A stretch of DNA of 64,000 bases from Hypanus sabinus (GCF_030144855.1 NC_082729.1:35030001-35094000), one strand, 5' to 3'. Counted from the first letter of the stretch, positions 25,521 through 39,333 are shown. Numbers and translations: made by a program. Notes: generated by a model from the letters alone, not told the origin.

Positions 25521-26867
25521 TGAACCGCCTATTGCTGTTCGAACCCAATAAAGTATCTCACGCAAGTGTTTACAGTTGATGGATAGCGAAACACAGCATC
25601 CACACACTAAATGTAATTGGACAATGATCACATGACGTTTGCAGGATTCAAATTTGTGCATGAGTATTGTGTAGGTAATTAAATATCACAAGGCTTTTCT
25701 TCTGAAAGTCGCATAGTTTTTTTTTTATGATTGGGTTTTCTTTAACATTCGCATATATCCCCTAAACTTCCACCTCAACTCTGCAGTGCTTGGTATTTGT
25801 GCTCTGGGAAAAATATAACTCTTACTATTTCCAACATCTTCGCTTTTCCTATAACCTTCTATCAGATCTCCCCACAGCCTCCGACGCTCCGGTGTAAACA
25901 ACCAACATTTGTCCAATTTCTCCTTATATCTCAAACCCACCAACCCGAGCAGCATCCTGGTGAAATTCCTTTGAAACCACTCTCATCTCCTTTAAACCGT
26001 TTGTCCTCTCATATCTAATGCTCCAGTGTGACAATTCCAACCTGCGAAAAAGATCCTGAGCTTCTACCCAAGCTAAGCATATGGTAGGTAATCTAAAGAG
26101 AGACCAAGCAGCCACGATTTTCTGCAATAATTTTATGTACAGTCCTCTGCAAACGTCTTCGGCACATACATGTTGCTCGGGTCTTTAATACTTCTGCACA
26201 ATAGTGTGTTTGGCGATTTGGATCAGACAGCGAATTTGTAAACCTGATAGGAGCAAAGGATTCTGCGTTTAGCCAGAGCGGTGCACCGCGGGAGGAGTGT
26301 GAGACAGGTAGCAAAGAAGGAGTACCGAGGGTGGGGGGAGGTTGTGGCGGGTTCAGACTGACCCATCCCGCAGACACCAGACAACCTCTGTAAAAATATG
26401 CCCAACTTTTTGCATACAATCGATTGCTATTTTATTTATTAACTCCTGTTCATTTTTTTTTTGCTGCTGTGGCCAATAAACATCAAGGTTTGAAGTGGTG
26501 TGAGCTCAAGAATGCTCTTCTGCACACCATTGTTGTAACGAGTGGTTACTTGAGTTACTTTTGCCTTCTTGCCAGCTTAAAATAGTCTGACCGTTCCCGT
26601 TTACCCTCTCTCATTAATTGAGCATTGTCACACTTGATCCACAGCTGACTGGATTGCTTAGCAGCAATCGCCTTGACTCTGGGGACTATTGTGAGTGAAA
26701 ATCTCAGGAAGTCATCTCGGTTTAAATGTTCCCTGATAATTGCTTCTCCAGCCTTTTCTGCTCTGCATTACCGACCTCATTGGTGCTGCTTCATTCACTC
26801 ATGCGGAGCTCGTCAGTTTCATCAAATATACTTCCAATGCCCACCCTGCATTAAAGTGACGGCCTGT

Positions 26868-27082
26868 NNNNNNNNNNNNNNNNNNNNNNNNNNNNNNNNN
26901 NNNNNNNNNNNNNNNNNNNNNNNNNNNNNNNNNNNNNNNNNNNNNNNNNNNNNNNNNNNNNNNNNNNNNNNNNNNNNNNNNNNNNNNNNNNNNNNNNNNN
27001 NNNNNNNNNNNNNNNNNNNNNNNNNNNNNNNNNNNNNNNNNNNNNNNNNNNNNNNNNNNNNNNNNNNNNNNNNNNNNNNNNN
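26868..27082. other. Assembly gap (N run)
   Basis: 215 N bases. Confidence 1.
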
Positions 27083-27249
27083 ATTTCGCTGTACTCCTGC
27101 CATCCTATCACCTGCAAGCATGCCATTCCCTTTGCTGACTTGCACTCCCTACTCCTCTTCCCCCATGTTGGTTGATGAACGTCTCTGCAGTCAAGAAAAA
27201 GGCACTCTGAGGTTGGAAAAGAAATACTCCATGTTCCGCCTGGGTAGCT

Positions 27250-27665
27250 TAACGTTGTTATAGACGGGGTGGTGATGGGGACAAGCTCCCACTATCTATT
27301 AAATGCTCCTAATGGTGTGCGCCTCATTTCGCCTCGGATAGCCAAGTCCAGCTCCTGGCCTTCACGAGTGACTCAGCTATTAAGCCCAGTCGAACCATCT
27401 CTACTGACAGGAAAAGGTACAAAGGCGTGTTACTGGCACCTTAACACCAGTCGCTTAAGGCAGATGGGACTTATAGTTGACAGCTCATTTAGAGGAAGTA
27501 AACTCTGATCACAAGTCTCGGCTGCCTGGTGGCGATACTCACTTATGTGAAAGGCTTTGGGAGTAAACCCCGAGGAAAAATCCGGAGCCGGTCCCAAAAG
27601 TTATAGCAGGCGCACATTTTGTTGACTGCTGTCTCGCAGCTTCTGCGACGCTGCTGGTACCGAAC
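27250..27665 (+). mobile_element. RTE-type 5' region
   Basis: Same family as 40480-41060. Occupies the paralogous position to 39400-39640 in the copy-3 block. Confidence 0.55.
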
Positions 27666-28759
27666 TGACCATAAGACCATAAGACAAAGGAGCAGAAGTC
27701 GGCCATTCTGCCCATCGTGTCTGCTCCGCCATTTCATCATGAGCTGATTCAATCATCCCTTTAGTCCCATTCCCCCGCCTTCTCACCATAACCTTTGATG
27801 CCCTCTACTCAGATACTTATCAATCTCTGCCTTCAATACACCCAGTGACTTGGCCTCCACTGCCGCCCGTGGCAACAAATTCCATACATTCGGCACCCTC
27901 TGGCTAAAACAAAAAAGAAGTTCGCACTTCTGTTCTGAATGGGCGCCCTGCAATCCTCAAGTCATGTCCTCTCGTACTAGATTCCCCCACATGGGAAACA
28001 ACTTTGCCACATCCACCCTATCCGTGCCTTTCAACATTCGTGTGAATGTTGTGTCAACATTCTGTGCCAGTTTCTGCCGTTCCTCTGGGTTCCACAGAAG
28101 CAGCGACAGGGGGAGCTTGTTACATGAACAACAGTATGCTCTCCATATCGTACTACCCAAGATTGCGTAAGTGGACACCTACGAATTAATATCCATGCTC
28201 GACCCTGACCGATGGAGGCCTCAGAGACCTCATGGCTTCCAACATGATGACATGAAAATCGATTTCTCCAAATTCCTGCAGTGTTCCCTCCTTACCCTTC
28301 TTTGTTCCGTTATTCCCCATTCTGGCTGCCGTCTTATCTCTTCTGCTCTTCGCACTTGTTTATCTCTTCCCCCTTGTGTTCCTCCTTCTTCTTTTTCTCC
28401 AATAGTCAGCTCTCCACTCCGATCGCATTCTTTCTTTTGCAACCCTTTACGTTTTTCCAGCTGCAACCTCCCAGCTTCAAACTTCACACTTTCTGGCTTG
28501 TATACCTTACCCTCCCACGCCTTCTTATTCTGGCTTTTCCCCTCGTCCTTTCCAGTCCGCATTCAAGGTTTGGGGCCGAAACGTCGATTGTTTATTCCAT
28601 GCATGCTTACCAAGCCGATGAGTTCGTCCATCATTTCCTATATGATTCCCAGAAGATTAGCAATTTCTGAAATACTCAGATCATCCCGTCTGGCACCACC
28701 CATCATTCCACGGTCAAAGTTTAGTTGTTGTTCGGACCGAATATCATAATGGGGCGTAT

Positions 28760-29700
28760 ATATATGTATAAAACTTATTCATTAAGTCATGTAAATTCAT
28801 AACGCTGTTTTCGGCAAAAGATGGTCGATAGGAGCGGCATCAACATGTGTGCAGGGAGTAGGGAATGATAAGTGTGATTCGACTGCATTCGTTTTAGGTA
28901 GTTAACTGCTCGACTTTCATGACGCAATAAACATGCAGCAAATATGTGGCAGGTAGAAAAGTAATTAAATAACGTTTTTAAATGTTGGAACACGCTGCAG
29001 CACCCGTGACCGGGGTGAATGCGTTCAATGTCTCTATCATGCTGTGTTAACGTTTGATCCAACTTTTAACTCTTTATTCACTGATGTCGCAGACATTTTC
29101 TCAAGTGGGTTATCTGGGGAGAAAATATTCTCCGCATTGAAATTTTGCAGGATTCCAATTTGAGCATAGGTATTGAGTAGTTAATAAAATTTCACAATGC
29201 TTTACTTCAGAAAAACGCGGAGTGCATGCGCATCTAGTCTTTAAAATTTAACCTCAGCTCTGCATTACTCTGCATTTGTACTCTGGGGAAAAATAACGAC
29301 TCCTTCTATTTACAATATCTCTGCCTCTCTTATAACCTATCAGATCTCCCCCCACTCCCAGCTCTCCCAGCCTGCTACGCTCTGGAGTAAACGACCAAAA
29401 TTTGTCTTGTCTCTCCTTATAGCTCAAACTCACTAATCTGAGAAACATCCTGGTGAAATTCTTCTGAAGCCTCACACAACTCCTTTAAACCTTTTATCCT
29501 CTCAGATATAATGCTCTAGTTTATCAATACCAGCCATGGGAAAAGACCAGGAGCTTCTACACAAGTTCACTATAGCCCCATAGAGTAGTTCATAAAAATG
29601 GCTCATAAAACGAGTTGTGAGGTTGCCTAATACTTCAGCACAGCAGTGCATTTATCAGTGTGCAGCAGACAGCGTGTTTGTATAGAGTGAATGCAAAGCA
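28760..29700 (+). pseudogene. Exon-less relic of a fourth GPCR duplication unit (intron-1 homologue fused to 3'-flank homologue)
   Basis: 28760-29140 aligns with intron segments 22660-23060 and 33750-34070. 29140-29700 aligns with 3' flanks 25640-26250 and 36960-37580. No exon 2 lies between them. Confidence 0.65.
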
Positions 29701-32700
29701 GGCTTTTCCACTGGGGTTCAGTGGGATTACAGCCAGTGGGCTTTCGTTAAGGGTGAAAAGGTGAGAAGTTTAAGGGGAGCATGAAGGGAAACTTCTTCAC
29801 TCAGATACTCCTGAGAGCTTGGAACGCGCTACCAGCACAAATGGGGCATGAAGCACAATATCCACGTTGATCAGAAGTTCAGATAGAGATATGGAGGGCT
29901 ATGGTCCACTTTCAGGTCGAAGCAAGTAGACAATGTATATGGTTTATGCATGTACCTGATGGGTCAATGTGCCAGTGTCTGCGCTGTTTTCTATGTCTCT
30001 GTAATTCTGTGCTTATGACTCCATATAAGATGAGAATTAACAGATACAGGTGCATAACCTCGCAGGGCTGATGACACCTTCTAACTGCATGGATTTACTT
30101 CGGGTTCTCCGGTTTCCTCCCATAGTCCAAAGACATACCGGTTGGTAGGTTAATTGGTCATTGTAAATTTAACTGTGATTAAGCAAGGTTTCAATAAATG
30201 GGTTGCAGGGCTGGAGGCTCGCTGTGTTGGAAGACTCTACTCCACGTTGTATCTGTTGTATGAAATATAAATGAATAACATCATTGATACTATTTCCAAA
30301 GCCAGCACTAAGTTTTTGTTCATTTGTCATCCAAATGAACTGTCATTTGTTCATCCAAAGGGTTGAGAATCAATGGAATTATTTGACACGAACGTCTGTG
30401 GAGATTCGTCTTTGGATATATGTAAATCAGAGCGTTTTAGGTTCGATTAGTTATCGAGTCTAAGGTTAAGCTGAAAAGGCAGGCAAATGGGGCTGATCTG
30501 GATGATAAATCAGCCACGATAGAATGATGAAGAAGAGCCTTTGGACAAATGGCTTGATTTTCCTCCTATGTCTAATGGTCTTATGGTCGGATATATAGAA
30601 TGAATTCTGCCTGAAGGTCGGCGACTTATGTTCTCCAGGAATTTGTTCTGATCCCCTGCCCTCCGTGATGTTTCATAAATAACATTGATGAGGAAATGGA
30701 AGAGCAATATAGTAAGTTAGCGAAGTTTCGGAAAACGTGTGAAGTGATACACTTTGGAATGTCGAACTTAATGACAGGGTTTCAGTTCAGGGGTCACGAG
30801 GTAATGTTGCAGTTCTTTCAAACCCTGATAGACCACACTTGAAATATTGCGTTTTGTTGTGGTTGCCTCATTACGAGATGGATGCGGAAGCTTTAGAGAT
30901 GGTGCAAACGAGACTTACCAAGAAGCTGTCCGGCTGGGAGAGCATGTCTTTTTTAAGAGAAGCTCACCCAGCTAAAGCTTTTCTCTTTAAGCATGAGAGG
31001 TGACTTGATAGTGCTGCATGGCATCATTACAATAGAGAGCAAAGGACTCTATCCCAGAGCGACAACGGCGAACGCCAGAGGAAATCCGTTAAAAGTGCAT
31101 GCATGAAAATTAAGTGGGGATGTCAGAGGTTGCATTTTTTGTTGCAGAGAGTAATAAAATACCTGGACTGTACTGTCAGTGTTAAGACTAATACATCGGA
31201 TGATTTAAAGACACATTTCCCTAGGTGTATATGGTAGATGAAATAATAAAGGATGGTTGGGGCTCGTAGGGGGTGGGAGTGTTAGATTCGTCCTGGAATA
31301 AGTTTCTATCAGGTGGTATAACATCCTCGGTGAAGACTGAGATCCACCGGATGGACAAAACTAAGCTGTTATTATGTTTTCTTCTTAAGTTAAAGTGGAT
31401 AGAATGACAACTTGAAAGGAAGACATAACAGGATTGTCCTTATTCCGAAAGCAGATGACAATGCAAAATTAGAAACTGATTAAAAAAAACTGTATTCAGT
31501 ATTCCCATTGTGATTGAGATTTTTATCTATTTAATTATTTATTTATTAAGTATCTGCCTACGTAGCTCTCTATTTATTTACATATACTTATCTGTTTGTC
31601 TGACCTTCTGTCTGTCTATCAATCTCTCTATTTATCTATTTATCTAATTGTACATTTATTTGCTTAGTTATTTACCAACACATTTACTTATTTAGTTGCT
31701 ATTTGCACAATTTGTTGCCTTTTGCACCCTGATTGTTTTTCATTTTGTTAATGTGCAGTTTTGCATTGATTCTATTGTGTTTCTTTACATTTAATGTGAA
31801 CGGCTGCATGAAAATGAATCTCGGGTTTATGTGTAGGTATTTTGAAAATTCACGCATTCAAGTTAACGTTGTAATTCACTTGTTGCGTACCTCTCCTGTT
31901 CTCTCTGAACTTCGTGATACTCTTATTGACTGTACCAACTACTGAATCTGGAATTATTGACCTGTTATTGAACACTCCATGTATTCCTCCCTATGTGTCT
32001 CAGCATTCTGAAATCAGCATGAATACATTAGCGGAGGATATGTGCAGGGGTATTTTGCTTTGCTCCGTTAAAACCGAACGAATGAGCGTCATAAGAACAT
32101 AAGGCCGCGGCGAATTAGATCATTCGGCCGATCGTCTGCTCCGCCATTCCACCGTGGCTGATTTGTTATTTCAACTCCATTCTCCCGCCTTCTCCCCCTA
32201 AGCTTTGATAAACTGATTGATCAAGAACTGAGCAACCGCTGCTTGAAATACCCCCAATAAATTCGGTCTGTGGCTATAAATGGTCAAAGTACGAGGGGCG
32301 TTTGGTGGTTCTCAGCCTGTACTGTTGGGAGCTTTGACGAATGGGCGGTTGGGGGAATGTCATTGAAACCTGTCGAATACTAAAAGGCCGACATCGAGTG
32401 GAAATGGAGAGGATACTTCCTACAGTAGTGGAGTCTAGGACCAGCATCAGAATTATAGTAATTCCATTTAGAGCAGAGTTGAGGGTAACATCTTTCGCCA
32501 GAATGAATTGCCACAGACGGCAGTGGAGAAAAAGTCATAGGGTGAACTTTAAGTGAAGATTGGTAAGTTCTTGATTAGTAAAGGCGTCACCGGTTACGAG
32601 GAGAAGGAGGGAGAACGGAGAGGAATGCGATAATAAATCAGCCTACATGGAACGCCAGCGCAGAATCAATGAGCTGAATGGCCTAAATCTGCTTCTCTGA

Positions 32701-33089
32701 CTTCTGGTTCATATGGTCCTTATGAACCGAGTTTCTGCCACGATATAAGATGATCGGATATTTTATGGCGAGCAGGTCTGTATTTGGAATTTAAAAATGG
32801 CCCTTGTGTGTATGAAAACTTACCAGTATAAAAATTACACATTAATGTATTATATATTATATAAATATAATTTAAATAATCAAGTAATATATCTTCAGAT
32901 AGGTGTGTTGGGCATGACAAGGTCGGTAAAGAGTGTATTTTTTGTTGAGGTCCCCACACCACCCACACCCCACTGCACAAAGCCCACCAAAATCATCAGA
33001 ATGCGAGAAAAACTGCAGCAATTTCCTAATTTAGGAAGTCACTCTCCTGGGGATTTTACCAAATCTCTTTGCTCTTTAGCTAGCAGCCA

Positions 33090-33240
33090 ATCTAATTGTG
33101 ACATCGGATATTATGTTTGTTCACTGACTGTGTCTTAAATTAACGTCATTTCCCATGATTGAATTGTAAACAACATGAGCCTATTTAACTGTCATTTCCG
33201 GTTAAATGTCAAGTATATCAGAGACTCCTTCTGAAATCGA
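33090..33240 (+). promoter_or_regulatory. Promoter module of GPCR copy 3 (CRE and TATA mutated)
   Basis: TGACATCG (33099-33106) in place of TGACGTCA and TATATCAG (33214-33221) in place of the TATA box. GTAAACAA is retained. Confidence 0.55.
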
Positions 33241-33276
33241 CAAAAGTGTGATTGGTCTCGCATACAGTCACGGAAA

Positions 33277-33346
33277 ATGCTCGCCCCTCCCAGAGGCCTG
33301 GTGTACGCAATTTACTACACGGCTCTTGCAGTGATCGCGGTTCCAG
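33277..33346 (+). CDS. GPR139/GPR142-like GPCR copy 3, exon 1
   Basis: ATG at 33277, MLAPPRGLVYAIYYTALAVIAVP, donor CCAG|gtaaag. Confidence 0.85.
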
Positions 33347-34817
33347 GTAAAGAATTTCTTACTAATTAAGTATCTGTGGTCTTATGCCTTCTACTCTTGT
33401 GATCTTTATGAATTAAATAGCTGCCACGTGATTGGCTGAGCAGATATTTGAAATTTTAATACATTTTCGGTGTTTTGATATATTATATGTATGAAACAAA
33501 TACATAATATACATTATAAACACAGTGCTGTGCAAAGGTCTTCGTTTCACAGTCAAAGGTACATAAGGCCTTTGCAGCCTACTACAGCTGCTGAATGTTC
33601 ACCAATATTTACAAAACCGTAAGACTCCAGATTCTGCTGTTTCAAGAGCGAGTAGAGATGGAGACGACTTTCCACCCTGTCCTTCAATTCAAGTCAAAAT
33701 GAACCCAAGAATAAAATGATATTAAAAACAATAGTTTAGAGTTCTGTGGAAGCTTCACGTCGACAAGACCGACATGCTAATATGTGGAGAATAGGGAAAT
33801 AAAAGTGTAATCTGACTGCATTTGCTTTCGGCAACTTTCTTGACATTCTAAACGTTCAGCAAGTATTTGGCAGGTGATACCGTAATAAAATGACATTTTT
33901 AATGCTGCCAACACGCAGCAGCATCCGTAACATGAGTGAATGAGCCTTTACCACTGTCTTTACCTCATGCATTAATGTTTGATCCAATTTTTAACTCTTC
34001 ATGCACTGATATCGCCGACATTTTCTGAAATGGGCTAACTGGGAAGCAAATATACTCTGCATTAAATGACACAGAGACCTAACACTTCTCTGAGTGTTCG
34101 GGTATAATGCATGGTTATCTGAGTTGCTGTCGCCTTCCAGTCAGCTTGAACCAGTCTAGCCTTCTCTCTTCTTCATTAACAAGGGATTTTCGTCCGCAGA
34201 GCTGCCGTTCACTGCATTTTTTAACAATTGCTTATTGTTCTGGAGACTATTGAGTGTGAAAATCCCAAAAGATCAGCAGCTTCAGAGATAATCAAGCCGC
34301 AGGTCTGTCACCAGCATTCACGGTCAAGTTCACTGAGATCACCTTGCTTCTACATTTAAACCTCTTGACCAGCGATGCCCAAAGTTTATTTTTGTGACAT
34401 GTTCTCTACCACTAGCAGAGGGATCCCTATAACCCAGGTTGGGAACCCCCCCCCCCCCCGGCCATGACTGCAAGTTTCTTTTTTATTATGAATTGCGATG
34501 CTGCGACATAATTATGTGATCAGATATTCGCATTAACGATGTGCTGTTCTTCAGGGATACTCCATAAAGAATCTATATTTGATTACCGCGTGTTAATTAA
34601 TCAAGCCCTTAATGTAAAGTTCTCTTTGCTGGTCAATGTGTTTTCCATACCAGGTCGTGATGCCAGATAAGAAAATCTCCATTGCAGCGCATCCATAGAA
34701 GTTTTTATAAGTTTGTTTGGTGACATGCGAAACTTTGTAAATTTCTACATTCAAACATCTGATTTACTTCTGCTTCAAGGGCATTCTGTCACTAAAATCC
34801 AATTGTTTCTCTTACAG

Positions 34818-35735
34818 TTAATATGGTGGCCATTGTGATCCTGTCCCTAGGAAACTGTGGCCTAAACAGATGTATCAGCCGATATCTTGTGTCCATGGCA
34901 GCGACAGATCTTCTGGTAATTATCACCGCTGTGATATTAAACCGGATTCCCGCTATTTATTTTCCCGGTAGTTTCCTATCCATCACCCCCGTGCGCAGTC
35001 TCAGCACTGTGTTAATTTACGCCGCCAGGGACAGTTCGGTTTGGTTAAAGGTCACGTTCACCCTTGACCGATATGTCGCCATCTGCTGGCACACACTCAA
35101 AGCAAAGTATTGCACCCACAGAACCGCTGGCATTGTTGTCTCTGTCGTCTGTACTTTGGGCTGCGTGATCAACATTCCCTGGTACTTTTTGCACGAACCA
35201 ATGTACGTCATTGACAACATGCCCTGGTTTTGCAAACGGCGGGATATCCTTTATTCTTTTCTGCTGTGGAAAGCATTTGATTGGACCGATCGCGTTTTGA
35301 CACCTTGCCTCCCGTTCCTGCTTATTATCTCCTTCAACGCTCTGACTGTTCGGCACATTCTGGCGGCCAGTCGGGCCCCTAGGAGACTCCGCAGTTATCC
35401 CACGGAAGTGAAACAGAGCGACCCGGAGATGGAAAGCCGCAGAAGGTCGATCGTCCTGCTCTTTGCAATCTCGGGATGTTTCATCATTCTGTGGATGCTG
35501 TATGTTCTCCATTTCTTGCTGAAGCGATTTCAAGCTGGTTACACAATTAATGGCTCCAATGATTACAGGTTAATCCTAAGGGAAATTGCCAACGTGTTTC
35601 AGATGCTGGGCAAATACGTGTTTCAGATGCTGCACAAATACGTTTGTCTACGCAGTGACTCAGAACAAATTGTTGAAAGAGTTGAAAGTCCTGATGAAAT
35701 TTACATGGAACATTTCACATTCGTTTTCTAAATAG
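34818..35735 (+). pseudogene. GPR139/GPR142-like GPCR copy 3, exon 2, frameshifted in TM7 (probable pseudogene; ORF still open to 35731)
   Basis: Acceptor tctcttacag|TT AAT ATG. A 16-nt insertion (35612-35627) shifts the frame before CCTNTFVY, and the ancestral frame continues to TAG 35733-35735. Also TM3 Cys->Arg (PVC->PVR), WLTV->WLKV and TM6 WMP->WML. Confidence 0.82.
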
Positions 35736-38572
35736 CGGAAGTTACAGGTTTCTGCAAAAGAAAAATCATAGGAAATGTGCTAACTAGTTCCGTTTAGACC
35801 ACATTTTCATTTTGCTCAGAACTCGAGGCTTAATTTAAATTGCACGTAATCCCGTCATTATTTAACGTAGTTAATAATTTAACAGACTGTTTTTCGATTT
35901 TGTTGGGAAATTGGATGCCTAAGATCTCCCACTGTCCCCTCCCTCCACTTTCTGCAATGATGGCTCTCTTCGTAATTTCCGAGTTAAATAGTCCCTCCCC
36001 ACCGATCTCTCTCCTGGCATTTAGCCCTACAAACGAAATAAGTCCGACACCTGCGCATTCAACTGCTCGCTCACCACCATTCTAACAGTCTAACAGTCCT
36101 TTCAGTTGATTAATCGCTTCACCAGTGAGCCTGTAGGGTTCATCTGCTAAATCCGGTGCTCCAGCAGCGGCCTCCTCGACATCGGTGAGACCCGACGTAG
36201 ATTGGGGTGCCCTTCACTCCGTCTGCAACAACCGGGATTTAACACAGTCCAGTCCCCAATTTCTATTCATGGCCTCTTCTACTGACACGATGTGGGCACT
36301 CTCAAGATGTGGACTTCCTATTCCGCCTGGATAGCCCCATACCTGAAGGCATGAACATCGATTTCACAAATTCCGAGAACCTCTTCACCTCCTCTTCTCC
36401 GTTCCTGCATTTCCTAATCTAATGCATGCTCACCTATTCTCTTTTCCTTTCCTGCCCATCACTTCCCTCTGGTGCCCTTTCTCCTTCACATTCTCACACG
36501 GCCCATCCACATTTCCTACAAGATTCCTTCTTTCTCTGCCATTTTACTTTTCCACCTGTCACCTCTCAGCTTCTTACTTCATCGCCCTCCCATCACTGGC
36601 TCACCTTCCCCCTCACCTGTGTTCACCTAATACCTAGCTCCTTCACCTTCCCCTACCCCATCTCCTTATCCTGGCTTCTCTTTTCCGTTTCAGCGCTGAT
36701 TAAGGGCTTCGGCCTGTAACTTCAACTATTTATTCCCTTCAGTAGATGCTCCCTGCCCTTCTAAGTTTCTTCAACATTTAGCGTGCATGACTCAAATTTT
36801 CCACGATCTGTAGAATTCTCGTGTTGATGAACTGCCGATTGCTGTTCAAACTCAATGAAGTATCTCACACAAGTGTTTTCAGTCGCTGGATAATAAAGCA
36901 ACCATTGAGTGCTCAGCGTTCGAGCACATATTACAATTAGAAAATGATATCGTGACATTTTGCATGATTCCATTTTGAGCATCCATATTGAGCCGATAAT
37001 TAACTGTCACGAGGCCTTTCTTCAGAAAGACGTGGAGTCTTTTTTATTATAACCTTATGTGAGCTTTCTTTAATATTCACACATATCCTTTAAATATAAT
37101 CTCAAATCTGCAGTACTTGGCATTTATACTGGGATAAAATAAAGACTTTTGCTATTTATACTATCTGTGCCTCTCTTATATCCTTCTATCAGATTTTCCC
37201 ACAGCCTCCAACGCTTCAGACGAAACAAACAAGTACGTCTAGTCTTTCGTTATGGTTCACCCATTAATCCGGGCAAACCCCAGCAAAATTCTTCAGAAAC
37301 ATCACACACCTCCTTTGAACCTTTTGTCCTCTCAGATCTAATGTCCTAGTAGGTGAATTCCATTCTGGGGCAAAGACCGAGAGCTTCTACACAAGCTGAG
37401 CATAGATCCATAGAGTAGTTGAGATAAACTACGCACAACAGACCACTCTTTCCTAGAATACTTTTACGCACAGTCCTCTGGAAACGTCCTAGACGTATGT
37501 ATGTTACTATGATGCTTAATACAGCAGTCAATTTGTCTTTGTGAAGCGGACAGAGAGTTTGTAAATCTGGGAGCAAGAAAGGATGTTGCGATTAGCGAGG
37601 GTGGAATGCGGCGGGAGAGGTGTGAGAGAAATGACAGAGAAGGGGTGCCGGGCGGTGGTGGCATGGCTTCAGTGACACCCAACCCCGAGACACTAGACAA
37701 GATCGTCTGAGTACAATTATTGCAGAATATCTCTCATGTGCTTCCCGCTCCCTCCCTCTCCCTTCCCTTCCCCTTTTCCTAACCATGATTCCCCACTTCC
37801 TGCCACTACACACGCTCAATTCACGAGGGAGACATATCAAAATCAGGTTTATCATCACACACAAATGTCATTTTTTTCATCCAGAAGTGCATTGCAATAT
37901 GTAAAATTACTACGATACTGCGCAAAGATCTTAGGCACCCTAGCTATATATATGTGCCCAAGACTTTTACGCAGTGCTGCATATCGAGTGGCCACTTTAT
38001 TAGGTAACTCCTGTTCATGATCTTCTGCTGCTGTGGCCGCTCAACTTCAACGTTTGAAGTGCTGTGCGTTCGGAGATGCCCTTCTACACACCACTGTTCT
38101 AACGAGTGGTTACTTGAGTTACCTTTCCCTTCCTGTCAGCTTGAACAGGATTGACCGTTCTCCGTTGGCCTCTGTCGTTAACAAGACGATGGTCTCCCAC
38201 TGATCTTCCGTTCAGTGGATTTTTTTTTGCACCATCCCACCTTTAAATTTTAGGGACTATTGAGGGTGAAATCCCAGGAGCTCACCATGATCCAACAAAT
38301 CCCTGATATTGCTGCCCAGATTTTTCTGTGCTGCATTAGCGCATTATTTATGCCGAGTTCGTCAGTTTCATCAGATTTACCTCTTATCCCACTCTGCCAC
38401 TAAGTTTACTTGGTCCATTTCTGACAGCTGTATCCGCTCTCTGGAAATCTCTGTCCACCGACTCTCACAGATATCTTTGCTGTATTTCTTCCTACCCATG
38501 TTACCTGTAAAAATTTCATTCAGTTTGCTGCTTTCGACACCCCACTCCAAATCTGACATGTCGGTTCATGAT

Positions 38573-39333
38573 TGTTACTTACCCTGTAACTAGGTCACTT
38601 ACTAGCAAAGATAGAGAGGTCCGTTGAAGTCTGATGGTACTATTTTAACGGTATTTATTGATAAAAATACACAAAAATAATATCAATGCAAACATACATA
38701 TAATATATGTCGTCAATACTAAATCTAAAAGCGCGGATATAATAATAATCAATAAGAAATAGCTTTATCGTTGTCTAGGGGTTAATGTATTGTCCGATGG
38801 AAATATAAAAGTCACTTCAGTTCATTCAAGCTGCAGCTTTTGGTTGGAGAGAGAGACGGATTAAAACTTGCCTATTCCTTTTATGATGTCGATCCTTCGA
38901 GAGACGTTGGGGCTGATTTCTCCTTTAGCTAAGCCGCCTTCCGTGGTAGGGCCTTAATCCCGGGGCAACGGGAAAGGACACACGTGGGCCCTCCACCGGT
39001 TATCGCTATTAAACGCCGTCACGGAACTTCCAGCGTTTCTCCCGGTGCGTGTGTGAAGGGCTGTTCCCCAGAGCCTCTTTTATCCTGACTCACAGGGTCC
39101 CAGATGTCAATCAGGGTGGAATGATGCCATTCCACGTTGCCTGAGGGCTTCCATGAAGTACAGTACTCAAGACACAATTCCGTCTCCAAGAGGCAATGAC
39201 TTGCTCGGTGGTTTTGTATCGCTGGGGCCAGGACATTCCAAACATCTCTCTCTCATTTCCTGGGTCTCCTGACCTGACTTAATAGCGATCATGCGAGTCT
39301 CAAAAAGGAGGTGGGGGGGGTACAGGCGTAACA
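38573..39333. mobile_element. Solo LTR inserted in a Penelope remnant
   Basis: TGTTAC...GTAACA termini with 5-bp TSD atgat/atgac. The flanks rejoin into continuous Penelope-like sequence. Absent from the paralogous site near 27175. Confidence 0.8.

Noticed and set aside
26673-27263. ORFs spanning N runs (also 46200-46610)
   Set aside because: Artefacts of the assembly gaps.
3791-35735. Assigning the symbol GPR139 to the paralogues
   Set aside because: They are divergent, lineage-expanded relatives (NTFIY in TM7, tiny N-terminus). One-to-one orthology cannot be shown without a tree.
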